A stretch of DNA of 64,000 nucleotides, taken from positions 1 to 64,000 of the forward strand of contig NMRA01000741.1 of the NCBI GenBank assembly GCA_002633005.1. Reading direction: 5' to 3'. The notes under the pieces are model-generated. The model was not told the origin of the DNA. It saw only the letters and a list, made by a program, of their open reading frames with translations, and made no database searches. Each line of letters begins with the position of its first letter. The first letter of the stretch is position 1. Origin of the DNA: Phoronis australis (taxonomy: Eukaryota; Animalia; Phoronida). Below are positions 35,350 through 48,519 of the stretch, one piece after another. The position numbers and the translations under genes are program-made.

Positions 35350-37527
35350 CACTCCTGCCAAACTTTCAAACCGGGCGTGCTTAAATGAGTGATTACACCT
35401 CAATACATACTCGGACGGAAATACATAATTGGAGCATGATCGACTTGAATATTTTGATCTGGTTGTATTTTGTGTGTTACTTAACTTGCTTACATCGCTG
35501 GAAATGGGAACAGCCCAATATTCCAAAGGTTCACTACCCTGAAGGTTCACTATTCCGAAGATTCACTACTCCGAAAAGATTTAAAATTTCGGACTTGAGT
35601 GTATCAGCTGTCCCCTTTTACCTGCAAAATTAAACGACACTTCGGTTATTAGATGCACTAGGTGGTGTACCTATGCTCAAACAACGCCCGGATTTCAAAT
35701 CCGTGAAGTTCACGCGCATGCCAAATTGTCCGCATGTCTTTCGAATACGGAAAATGAGTACGTACAATTTTTAAAAAGTATATTGCGAAGTAAGAATCTT
35801 GATGAATTATCAGCAACGATACTTTTATCAAATCCATGCAAGGTCTCATCATTTCACAGCGTGACTGAGCTAGTTTAGCTGAGTAGGGCTGCTACCCACT
35901 CACCCATCGGAACCACGCGCATGGCTGGGTCGAAACTAAATGTAGTTAGTAGGGCTACCCTGTCCCTGCCAGTCTTCACGAACTCGCCGGGAAAGTCACA
36001 ATCAGTCTTCTTAAATTTAAAACCGCCGCTATTGGTCGCTGAAGTCCTGGCCTGATGTTGTCCCTGCATGCTTGAGTCGTTAGTTAGACTGGATTCTGAG
36101 TGAAGATTCACGATTGGCAGTGATTGGAACTGAGCTCATTTGTATACAATGTGATCAATGTTTTAAGAACTATTAAGCTTTTGTAACCCTGTATTTATTT
36201 ATTTATTTATTATAGTGACATAAGGGTACCAGTAAATACAATCAAATACAGATTATTCACCACACCCCCCAGCCTCAATGGGCTTACTCAGTCACCTAAT
36301 AATATTTAAATCATTACATAACAAATTGCACAAGCTCAAATATGACCACTTCAGACTAGTTTATAAACAAACAATTACTTCTAACCTGCAAAGCGTCTTG
36401 AATGAATTTCGCTAGACCTTTCAAGTTATTTTGGAATATTTGAGGTAGGGCAGAACGCCGTAAAAAATATGGTCGAATGTGAGTATATTTTTCACAATCA
36501 AAAATGAAATGAACTTCATCTTCAATTCCTTTTTTACAAACACGACAAATCCGTTCATTCACAGGAATTCCGAAGTACCGCCCCACCTCAACCTCTAATG
36601 GTAGAATACCTGCTCTCAATCGAGCTATGACGGACCTCTGAGACACCGGCAGACGTAAATACTCTTCTACACAATAGTCATTCTTAATAGATCTATATAA
36701 GTACAGTTTTGGTTTCTCAGTGATTATTTTTAACCAATTTAACTCTTCTAACTGGAACCTGAATGTTCTGAAGTTTTCGAGAGACACAACTTGTTTGTTC
36801 CTGAAATTTTCTAAAAAGTCGCACTTCTCCATAATTTTAAATATTGAACTTGACCAGTTGCAGTTCCGATGTTTAAGGTCCCATAAAAAGACTTTTTTTG
36901 CAATTCTGCTTTCATCCATTGGAACTAAACGATTCCAGAGCCGTAGCATATTTTCCTGTTGTTTGTAGTGTGAATTTGGCCAACCCGAGTCGCCATAAAG
37001 TACTGCTTTGGCAGCATACTTGTGGACCCCTAAAAATATACGTAGAGCTCTCGTTCTGATCATTTCACATTTGGAGTATTGAGAGTATCCCCAAATTCCC
37101 GATCCATATTCTAGAATTGTAAATAGTTACTAAATGGGCACAAATACAATACTTTTCTCATGTCAGTCAGTTCCAACTCGTCAGAGTAATGAACTATCGA
37201 AGTTCAGGTGTCCCGGCAAACTGTGGACATTCGAAGTAGTGAACTCTCGAAGGTAGCGAACCTTCGCAGTAACTTCGGAGTAGTGGACTTTCGGAGTGAT
37301 GAACCATCGGAATAATTAGTGACATGTAACCTTAATTTGGAAATCCGTTTCCATCAAGTTTTTTGCTCGGCGCCTGCGATCGAGGCTGTGTGGCGCCATC
37401 GGCACTTATTGACAAGAGAAGACTTTCTTCATTGACCAAAGTTTTTATTAGTTCTAGAACTACTTTTCCCAAAAATATGAACATGCTCGTTGGGATTTTC
37501 TTAGGTGCAACAAAATACGGTAGTTCA
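35350..37527 (-). mobile_element. second diverged copy of the internal part of element 15451-18875, interrupted by a LINE
   Basis: Reverse complement aligns by eye with 16028-16337, 17590-17660 and 18430-18797, including the GGTTCACTAYTCCGAA repeat blocks. Confidence 0.75.
36192..37120 (-). mobile_element. 5'-truncated RTEX-like non-LTR retrotransposon
   Basis: ILEYGSGIWG...RIFLGV...RLRAGILPLEVEVGRY...ERICRVC...EDEVHFIFDC..Y..IR (post-RT region plus C-terminal Zn knuckle), followed by a 3'UTR and (TAAA)n tail. Confidence 0.88.
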
Positions 37528-38253
37528 TGGGGATGCTGCCCGGCCTGACTGAAAAAAGTGAGGGCTGATAGCCCCCTGTGGTGCACCGCCCCCTGTTATA
37601 GACCAGGGGCGGCGCAGCAATGAAAAAAGTGGGGACCATATAGCCCCCCAACCCCCTACGGTGCGCCGCCTATGATTTTTGACCAACGACGATGGAGGAC
37701 TGCCTATAGTGAATTTAATTATCATCGGCGTGTCCTGAATTTAAAAGAATGGAAACGCACACATGTTATGGCATGGTATGCATGTCATTCACCAGTCCAC
37801 AACCAAAGTCGAAATTTGAAAATGTCTGCACTTTACCGCACTCTGCCACTATCGAAATAGCAGACAAACCTACTTTCTGCTATTCAGACGTTCATACGGC
37901 ACTACATTTTATGAGCTCTCTCGCTGCTATATAGCCTATCTACATGCGCCCACCCAGCCCAGCCTATATTATGGGAGGCTCGAATTTCTGACGATGTGGA
38001 CCTTTTACTTATAAAAAAGCGGGACGACTAAAAATAAAAAACGGGGCACCACGTTCGTAGCTCTGAATTATGCGTTTATGCCTTTTTAATGGACTTTTGT
38101 CTCGTTTTCGCGGACTTTTTGTTTCCTCACATCGAAACTAACTTTGCGATCACAAAGTGTCTTTTCAAGCGACACCTGGTGGACAAAAGATCGTTGTTTT
38201 TCGAAACTTCGTGAAGTAAAAAATGACCTGAAATGAGGTGGTTTTGAAAAACG

Positions 38254-41200
38254 ATGGCTGGAAACTTCTGGAAAAGTTCTCACTAGTAAGTTACAGTACT
38301 AAAGTTTCGTATAATCAAACCGAATATAACCTAGCTGTCGTAATTAGGACCGTATTCTTCGAATGTCGTTCGGCTTGACCCTTTCATCACTTGCCAAATG
38401 TGGCTCTGTCTCAATCTTGATTTCGAGCCTGGAGAGCTTATTTCGATATTTTAATGCACCTCTTATACAAGATACTGTGTGTGATAGTAAGGTATGTTCG
38501 AAAAAGATTGAGAGAAGCTCTCATTTCCCTATTTCTTTGAATTCGCGAAACTGCAGCCATTTTGAAGAGGGGCCCGTTCACTAGACTTTACCTGGAGTGA
38601 TTAATCAAGACCACGCTCAGTAAAAAGTTCTCATTACCCATCATGGTCTTAAGCAACATCCACCAGAAATACTTGAAGTTGGGGATCATTTCAGACTGTG
38701 TGTATCATTCAATTGACCAACAGGGTCTCAAATCTATGCCTACATGGACTATGGCACAATATTTATGAGTCACATAACACATTTGTATATTCTATTAGAC
38801 TGTGACCACCGTCTCTAGCAGGCCCCAATGAAGACAGTGGATCTCCTATATGCCTTACACTGATGAAAACATCAAAGTCAGGTTATTATTTCTTACCTTT
38901 TGCGCATATAAGGACACCTTAGGAGGCTGTCGATGTCTTCAATTCCATCCTACTCAAACAAATAATCCTGTAATTAATTTTTTTTTTCTTCGATCAGGCC
39001 TTCGTTCAGTTGTCCAAATTGGCAACTGGTCATTTTTAACAGTGCGCACACCTGGTGGGCACAGTAAACATAGGAGCACACGTCCGCGCCCACCAGGAGC
39101 GTGTGGAGTGTTAAGAATGGCCAGTTGCTGATTTGGGCAACTTAATGAATGACTGCTCAATCAAAAAGTTTGATTACTGGAGTATTTGTTCGAGTTGGAA
39201 GGAATTAAAGTGTCGAAGGCCTGTTAAGGTAGAACTCAATGTACTAAAGGTACTTGTAACAATGTGACTTAGATGTTTTAATCAGTGTGGGGCATAATTT
39301 GCCAAAAAGCTTTCGGTATATGAAGCTCCTATAGGAACTTCACTGTCTCTACTGGGGCAAGCTAGAGACAGTGGTCACTATCTAATATTTTATCCTTTGT
39401 CGATTTCATTCTTGTTTTTGGAGGGTGCCATATTCAAGTGTATGATTTCATTACCATTGCATAGGCGGATTTAGGGGGGGGCCCAGGGGGCCCGGGCCCC
39501 CCCCTTGGCTGCCGCAAAAAAATAAAACAGTAAGAGCGTAGGGAAATGTTGATCTTATTAATTAACCCCGGTAATTAAAATTATACGGATGAAAAAAGAT
39601 TTAAATGTGTGCAGTTTTAGTGTTGGGGGGGGGCTCAAATCCAATTTCAAGTGTCAAATTCGGAACACGGCGCATTCGTAACGGAACTATGGTTAAGTAT
39701 AGCCTCTCCCGCGATATCCCAGGCGACCGGCAGTGGCGCTGCGCACTACGACTCAGTTTCCGTCGTCTGCTCCACTGTGCAATGAAGAAAATTTACTTCA
39801 TTTTTAAAGAAAATGGAACCTGAGTGACGATGANNNNNNNNNNNNNNNNNNNNNNNNNNNNNNNNNNNNNNNNNNNNNNNNNNNNNNNNNNNNNNNNNNN
39901 NNNNNNNNNNNNNNNNNNNNNNNNNNNNNNNNNNNNNNNNNNNNNNNNNNNNNNNNNNNNNNNNNNNNNNNNNNNNNNNNNNNNNNNNNNNNNNNNNNNN
40001 CCCCCTCCCGACCTCCCCCCATTCGGTGCTATGCCCATCTACAATCGTGGTTCAGTTTGCGCAAATGTTTACAGCCGGACAAAATGTTGGCCCCCCTTGT
40101 GATATCCTAGATCCGCCACTGCATTGGTTGACAGTTCCTCTCAAATGAATGAAATGTTCCATGCATTTCAGCCAGCAATGGATTTTGGACAAGCAAGACT
40201 TGCTGCGGGTGAGACAGGCAGACGTCAAGGTGTTAGTGGAGGAGGACTTGTATCAAAAGATCATGATCTTCTTCGCCAACTGTGAGTAGATATGGTTGAC
40301 ATCTACATGTATAATTATCCAGAAGCTCTTACGAAGTTTTTGATTAGGGTGCTAGTTTGCCACAAAAGTAGCCTGTGTTTTGTGTGTGACCGCTTACACA
40401 TGTTAATTTGTATCAAGTGACTTATAAGCCCAAGAGGCTGAGGATGTATTGTACAAAAAATCCCATTTGTTTTTGTGTTGCATTCTGTGGTACATCCATT
40501 TCACTATATAGTTCTTGTGCAAGTTTATTCCTGTAGCAAGTGTGTTTCGCGATGAGGTATGTACATGTAGTTCAACTGCAGCATTACAGAAGATCTCCAA
40601 TTGGTGTGGTAAAAATTCTCTAATTTGGAACAACGAAAAAATAATAATTTAACTCAAAGCCAGAGCTCGACCCAAATTCTAGATATAGGCAATATTGCGC
40701 TTCCCAAATTCGAGAGACACTTGAAAGACCTCAAAAATACCCACTCTTTAAACTAAAAACACTTTGTCCAAAATTTGAGAAACATGGTGAATGCCAAAAT
40801 TGCCCTTGTTCTAAATTCCAGTATCAAGAAAATTCAATCTTTGCTGGCGTTTCCATACTTTAAATGTTAGACTGTCCCAAAATGGAGAATTTTTACCATA
40901 GTTCTTGATTTGAGAAGTTTTGTTAAACACTATTAAAGACTAGTACCAAACTGCTCAGTTATGCATATTTTCAACTAACCAATACTTAAAGCTCTTAAAC
41001 TGAGCTGAAGGTCCGCTGGAGGGCTTTCCCCCATTTGGTGAAATAGACATAAACCAAAAGAATAGGAGGAAAATATTTGTTCTGTGTCTTAGTACTTACC
41101 AAATCAAATTCTTTGACATGTTTAGGAATCTGCAAAAGGTCTTTCTGGTTATACTTTGCCTATTTGTACCTTTCTTTAACAACAACAAATCGAATCATCT

Positions 41201-44200
41201 GCCATCTTTTAGTCTCAGCATTTGACCTAATAGCATGTAGTGACCCAAATGCCAGCCAATCTGCCAAGTGAATGCTTCAATTCACAATAATGCAAGTGGC
41301 GGAGTGACGAACAAATAATAAAAAGTCTAATCTTCGAGTGAGTAAGTTCTTTCGAAAAGCTTGATTTCTGTGCAGGTATATTCTACGTATGATTTCTGCA
41401 GATAAATGTGTTCACGCCATCACAATTTCAACCTGTGCAGGTTAATATTTGACGTGCAATTCAAGTTTGTGTATCACTTAATTCTACACTTTCAATGTAT
41501 GAAGTTTCAACCCTGTTTAAGGGATTGTTTACGGACTAATTTTCAAATTGCTCGTTATTTATGGCATCCAGAATTCAGAACGATCTGCATACTTTTGAAG
41601 TCTAGACACAAGGAGTTCAACTAAGGACCGCACTGGTATCATTTGGCTTCTAAATTGGATATCGAAGTCAGTCCACATTAGGTTGAGATTGTTAAATCAG
41701 GTCATTCTTTGGGACGACTTGGACCGCATTCTAGAGCACACCATACTAGATATTGTAGGAGGAACAACATTTAACATTAAGGTAGAGCATGTAGCTTAAA
41801 TCAAATGATGCATGATTTGTACTGGCATCTCAGGGTCGAGTTTTAACCCTCATTTCCTCAGTTTTTAAGTTTGTGTACTTGTATTGTCTTGTAGCAATTT
41901 TAAAGTGAAGCATCTAATAATCTGCCTGATCACATTTGGAACTTCTTCCTGTTGAAATTCTGTGCTGGTTAACAATGTATATCATTGTAAGGCCAAAAAG
42001 CGCAGTCGGTTCTGGTCTGTGTATTTTGAAAACCAAGTCGGTGGTGCTGTAATATTTAGCTGCTCACTTTCATGTGAGAGAAGTAAAACTGACATGAAGA
42101 TTTGTTTTTTACTCATTGCTTGGCAAATTATGTGTCTGAAGCCTTTCTGACATGCTTTTAAAGTGCAGCATTTAATAAATGAGACCTTGATTAAAATTGA
42201 TGCGGTGAAGCTTCTTTTTTTACTAGGTGAAAGCCTGTCTCAAAATGAATCGGGGGCAATGACCAGAACCAACTTTGCTTTCTTTGCCCTAAGTATAAAG
42301 CAATTTTGTGTGTGTGTTTTGCAGTCATCCAAACATTGGGAGAACAGTTGAAAATGAGGCAGCAAGTCATAGCTACTGCCACGGTTTATTTTAAACGTTT
42401 TTATGCTGGGTGAGTATATGCAAAGCAAAAAACTTGGTTATCCGTAAACTTAACTGATGGTATGCTGTTTGACAGAGGTCTTGTAAATAGAGAATCCTAC
42501 ACTCGTCTGAGGTATATGACATGGGCAAAACCTCTTGGAAATTTCGTTAAAAAAAAGGTTTTGCGCATTTTATAAGCCTGGGACAAGTGTAAGATTTGTT
42601 TTCTCACATGAACCGTAAAAACGATCTTTTTTGCCGAAAAACTCTGCGTGTCTAAAACTTTCAACCACATGACGCGTCTTTTGTAAAAACGCACTTGTGC
42701 AATGTAAAGTAATTCAGTTACTTTTTGTTAATAGTTTTATTTTAAGCTCAGCAATTGTAAATTTCAGTCGGCTTTCGTTGCAACAGTCAAGTTAGAATCT
42801 AATAAATATTCTTGGAAGTTGTAATATTAAAACTTACAAAATGTTTATAAATAACAGTCACCAATACTGCCGGTGCGTGAGCACTAAGTTGACCTTCAGA
42901 CAGCACACAGCTAGACAGTCTGGCCGCGTTTGTTGAGCTGGGTCTCATCTCTATTTGAATGGACATGGATATGGAATTAGCTGCCGGAGATGGGTCCGTT
43001 TAAAAAGCTGTTTTCATGTCCTTCCAATTGGAAGTACGTACTCTTGTGACACCCGATATGTCAATCATAACCTTGACACGCTTTCGGAAATTCCGGCATT
43101 GTTTGGTTGGTGCGTGTTTGGTTGTTTTTGTGTTTTGCAAACGATAAAATGTGAGGCGTATGTATTTTTACTTTGCACTACTTTGTGATTCGCCCATGTA
43201 ATGTAAAAAATAAGACAGTACTCTGTGTTATTAACCAGTCGTGTTGTAACACATTCCAGGTCATGTGAGAGATAAATGTTCTACACATGACGATTTTTTT
43301 TGCAATTCATGGAAAATGCAAATAGAAATTAATGAAGAACTTGACCACTATATGTGCCTTTTTCAGGCACTCGCTCAAGGACTGCGACCCCCTGTTGTTG
43401 GCTCCTACCTGTCTGTTTCTCGCATCTAAAGTCGAGGTACGTTCACACACCAACAAGGATCAGCCATTCGTAGACTTATTTCACATTAAGATTATTTGTT
43501 CTGCTACAGCAGTGAATGTTTTGTTTTCTCACGGTACCTCCACCATCTCACAAAAAGTCTGTAGAGCCTATCACACCAAAGCCTATCACAAAAACTAAAT
43601 GACCATGCAATAAGTGTAGTGCGTGGTACAGTCTGAATGAAAACGCAGTGGACAGTGTATCATTTGAGGCATGTTTTTGGCCAAAGTTACTCATCTCTAC
43701 CTGTCACCAGTCAGTTACTTGGAGATGCTTAGATGGACTTTCTGAGAATCACAGAGCCCTAAGTAGTGTCCAAAACAATCCTTATGATGGGCTCTAAACT
43801 TGCAGGTAATTTCTTGGTCTTTTAGAGCCAGTGTATTGAATTTGAACCCTTTTCATAGCCTGAATGTAGTCCTGAGTTAAACTAAAACTCCAGATGGATT
43901 TGTGTGAGTGTTATTTTGTATTAATTCACTGTTTAGCAGTTTTACAATTTCCATGTTATCTTTGCATTTGGCTTCTGTGTATGCCTTCAGGCAGTCGTAC
44001 TTGCAAGATGTCAAGTATTGTTTGTTGCGGTCATTCCTCACATTTAACCTTTCAGGAGTTCATGGTGATTTCTCACACCAAATGGATTCAGCAATGTCAA
44101 GCCGTTGGTAAGTTCATGTCCAGCTCGGCAATTTTTATTACAAAATCCTTTCAGTTGCTGGAGAAATATCCACCATGTTTGTCTCACAAGACCTTTATTG

Positions 44201-47200
44201 ACTCGATTTAATTTTCTCGTTGCATTTTTAATCACTAAACAGTATACGTAAAAATCACTTCGGTTTTCAGCAAGACAGGTTTGAAGGGAATCCGACACTT
44301 GGTTTTAGGGGGAAAAACACATTTTTGGGGTTATTGTTGGATGGGATAGCCAATTTTCAAATTGAGTTTCAAGTACAAGAGATTAGACTGTGAATACGCT
44401 AGCCCTACATTGACCATTTTTGTTTCGTGGAGGAAGAAAATGTATTGCATAACTGACTACTTCATGTCAGACACTTATGAATCTGTTAACAAGGGAAGAA
44501 TAGTACATTGTTCATCCAGCACTGTTTTTGCCTTATAACCATTTTCTCTGTGTCAGCAGTAAAACTTTAAATGCTTTAATACGAATTCGCCTGCATAACA
44601 ATGGTGAATAACTTAATAATTAGGATTTGAGATAGTGAGTGACTAGGTCAGTTGCAGGTAAATAACCAGGACACATGTGGTTAATTATGTTAGATTGAAA
44701 GTGACGCTGTGCTAATTCAAGGCGAGTTTATGAAGTTGATTTCCCTTACTTCTAACATCCCTTTCCACTTTTACACCTCCAGTGAAGAAGAACTACAGCC
44801 ACGCCTTCCCTGGGGAGTTCCAGTACAAAATCATCCAGGTTCTGGAGTGCGAGTTCTTCCTCCTTGAGATGCTGGACTGTTGCCTAGTCATGTATCACCC
44901 CTACAGACCGCTGATACAATATGTCAAGGATATAGGACATGAAGACCTTCTGCCACTTGCTTGGTATAGTACTATACGTCTATAGTTGATTAGTGTGACG
45001 ACAGTTCTAATGTTTAGTTCCATAGTGCACTCTACTGTATGCTTTCCCAGCCGTATGACCAGCTTAGCACAACTATTATGACCTTACTGAACTCATCTTG
45101 ACTTGTTTCTTACTTGGATTATAAGTGAACTTGGGGGTTAGCAAGAACTGAATATTCACTGTTGTTTGAGAGCATGCCCGGTGCATGCAATGACCAAGAT
45201 GGTGAAGCCAACTTGTGGAGCCTGGAAGTACAACTAATCTGAGTAAATTTGATTGAAAACACGGCTGTACTTTCTGTTGGACAGCTTGATGTACACTGAG
45301 CACAGAACAAGTTGATACTAATAGTGGTAATAAAAAAAATTTGGTTTACAGCACCTTTTCTCCGTGTGTGATTCATCAGATCCAGCAAGATTGTTAAAAT
45401 AACTTGCACACTAATTCCTTATCTCTGTGATTGCTTGGTCAAATTAGCCAGAAACACAACACAGCGACGATGTGAAAATGAAGTGTGAATGTTTTAAGAG
45501 CAAGTTTTGTGTCAAAAATGATCCGTCGTAAATCACTCAACCGTGTCCAGTAAATATCGCGACATGGTGTAAACCTTATTGGCACAGTAGCCATTTTGTA
45601 GTGAGCTCTTTTTAGCTTTAAGAAACCATGCATTTGAGGCGTAACGATTACGCAGCATGCGAAAAAATTGTGTGACGTGTGATTAAGCGCTGAATGCATT
45701 GTTTTTAAAACCTAAAAAGAGGCTCCCTTTTAAAATGGCGACTTTGTGAATATGGTATATTGGGAAATATCACTACATGATACAGGCTATGTGAGCCCGC
45801 AAAGTACGTCATTAGTGCAAAGGTCACCTATTAGCAGAATTTTTTTTGTTTCCACGTTTACAAGTTGTCAGTGAATACAACTGCACTCTGTTTAGCATAG
45901 GTGATGTTCAAATGGCATTGTCGTTTAGTTCCTGCTACACATTAGTATAGTTAGGTGCATGTCAATACATCTTTAAGCAGTGGATGTCTTCATGACATCC
46001 TTCTTGTGTCGGCTTTCTGGCATTTTCTTTATATAGTGTCTATACACTTGGGCAGACTTTGACAGGTGCTTGCAGTTATGGATACATTGTCAAAATGGAG
46101 GTACCGTTCAGCCATGACCCATGTTGCTTGAATTACTTTGTAGCAATAGACTGAGAATTCTCGAATATACCAGTGTGCAAGTTTTGTAAATGATTTGAGT
46201 CAGTGACCAACCTGTATTGGTAATAAGTACAAATACTGCATGCATTCTTGTCAAATGGTTTCTCTTGATAGCACCATTATTTTGTAGGAGAATTATTAAC
46301 GACAGTCTGCGTACAGATGTTAGCCTACTCTATCCACCCTATCTCATTGCTCTAGGTGAGTGACTTGTTTTTTTTGTCAACATTCTCTCTTTTTCCTTAG
46401 GTACCTGTTGCTCTTTTTCACTCGGCTTTATTTGTGCACAAGTCCATTGGAAGTGCAACAGCACCAAGCTTACTTCCACTTTCTGTTGAGTTGGTGACAT
46501 TTTTCATCCTGGTTATCATTCTGAAATGCACTGTCCACAGTGCCACCTATGTGTTAGTTCAAATCTACGACTTATTTGGTTTTTGGGAGTATTTATACTT
46601 ATGGTAATTACCAATGATTTTTGTGATCGTCTGACTAAGCTTTGTGCAAGGATGAACTTTAGTGAGTGAATTTCTGGAACAGGAATGAGAAATTGAAACT
46701 TATTGTGATAGTTTTAGTGACCTAGCAGCTATCATTCTTAAACAGTTAGCACAGTGGCAGTGGCAAGACTGTTCCAAACTTTTGACAGCTGATACCACTC
46801 TTACCTTTATTGATCACTTGTCTCTGTTTTATTAATTCAAATGATTCCCCTAAGTGAATATCTTGCATTAAACCATCTACATGCCACAGTGAAGGGTATC
46901 GGGTATTCTCATGCTTTTTTATGTGTTCCAGCTGCATTGCACATGGCTTGTGTTATTCAACAGAAAGAGTGTAAAAACTGGTTTGCAGAACTCTCCGTCG
47001 ATCTAGACAAGGTAGGTTGATCTTCATGGTGATGCAGTAACAGCAGCTATGACCAGTTACTGCAAAAGGTGAAAATTTAATGTTGATTTAAGACACCTTT
47101 TGTTATACGAGTTTTAGGAAAAAGGATGTGTCATGACATTGAGCATGGAAGAAATTGAGGGTGTTGGGAATAATATCTTGTTAGTACCTGGAATCTTGGC

Positions 47201-48519
47201 CAGTATCTTGTAGATTTCAAGGCCTTGGACAATTGAGCACCCCCATCTTGAAATGTTTGAAATTGTGCTTGACAACAGACACATTTCTTCCCTCTTTGAA
47301 ATATAATTCCACAGGTTTCCTTGATCGCATCCTAAGATTTAGTTATGGTTGTTCTATTTGCAGATATTAGAGATTACAAAAGAAATATTAGCACTTTACG
47401 AACTCTGGAAGAACTATGACGAGAAGAAGGAAATTTCTGGCATCCTGCAGAAGATGCCCAAACCGAAGGTCTCCATCTCCAGGTGAACTCTTCCTTGTGT
47501 TAGTTTTATGGCATGGTATCTAGTAGCTGCACTATCCAGTGTCATGTCATGGAATTAGCTTTCTATGGAATTGGCAAGGGTATTGCTTTCAAGGACAGCC
47601 AAGAATATTTACAACTTGTTGAAGTCAATCCTAAGCAAAATTGATTAAAGTCAGTTACTCCAAAGGTCAGAAATCACTTCTGGTCCAAGTGAGGTGGAAG
47701 GTGAGACCAGTAACTGGTCTAATTCAAAAGCTGGTGTTTCCACATGGAATATGCTAGTACAGGTCTATGGGGTTTTAATTACCTCCTTTTCACTGTGCTT
47801 AGTACCAGGTGGCACATGAGGGTAGCGGAAGAGAATTTCTTTTCCTTTTTAAACAATGAGCAGGCCGTTATTTATCGTTATTTTGTCATCTGCAAACTTG
47901 CATGTCTCGTGGTAATTGTTATGTATACTGTGCCTGCACACTGCAGTCAAACCTTGTTACAATGTTCTCTGTTAAGAATGTTTGCAGTGATATTATATAA
48001 TGCTATGGTAATCAACCCTGGTTTCAACGAACAGTCAGATTTTGACTGTTCCGTGATGCACATTGTAACGAGGTAGGGCCCTTGTTCACTCGGTTGGAAA
48101 GGTGCCTAATCTGCCTGTCAGAGAGAATTTTTGGTTGAGGGAAAATCTCCCGGCCTCAGCCACCACCTCTCGTCGGTGGTGACTCAAGTACCCTGCAGAA
48201 GTGATTCATAATCATTGGAGGGGGATTTGTGGGCAATTGAAGAGAGTAATTTCTCATGATTTGTAAGCAATTTTCATTAAGCGAATGGCACCAATGTTTG
48301 ATCCCAAAATCAAGCCATCAAGGGCTTCGTGAAGAATCACTGTGTTAAAGATAAAGAACATTAACTGTCAATGCTTATCCACTTTGGCCAGTGGTCATCT
48401 TTCCATGTTGAAGAGTCTGCAGTTACATGAAATAACCACTCTTTTGCAGGCCATCATCTCAGGGACCCAGTGCACACGAGGGATCGTCAGGGCAACAGAT
48501 GGGTTACAATCCACCTTAA
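38254..48519 (+). CDS. CCNC: cyclin C, ~288 aa, 10 exons
   Basis: Phase-consistent exons 38254-38285, 40172-40281, 42325-42409, 43367-43436, 44056-44107, 44783-44963, 46288-46355, 46932-47011, 47364-47482, 48450-48519. Translation MAGNFWKSSHYQQWILDKQDLL...RQQVIATATVYFKRFYA...APTCLFLASKVEE...LECEFFLLEMLDCCL..YHPYRPL...WFAELSVD...KMPKPK...SRPSSQGP matches cyclin C. Confidence 0.96.
38793..39387. mobile_element. foldback MITE with ~190-bp imperfect TIRs in CCNC intron 1
   Basis: TATTAGACTGTGACCACCGTCTCTAGC... / ...GCTAGAGACAGTGGTCACTATCTAATA; inner arms also pair. Confidence 0.8.
39460..40121. mobile_element. hAT-type non-autonomous element with 5-bp TSD, spanning an assembly gap
   Basis: CATAGGCGGATTTAGG ... 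CCTAGATCCGCCACTG; CATTG on both flanks. Confidence 0.7.
39834..40000. other. assembly gap (run of N)
   Basis: Read directly. Confidence 1.

Noticed and set aside
39793-40102. ORFs spanning X runs
   Set aside because: Artefacts of the N gap.
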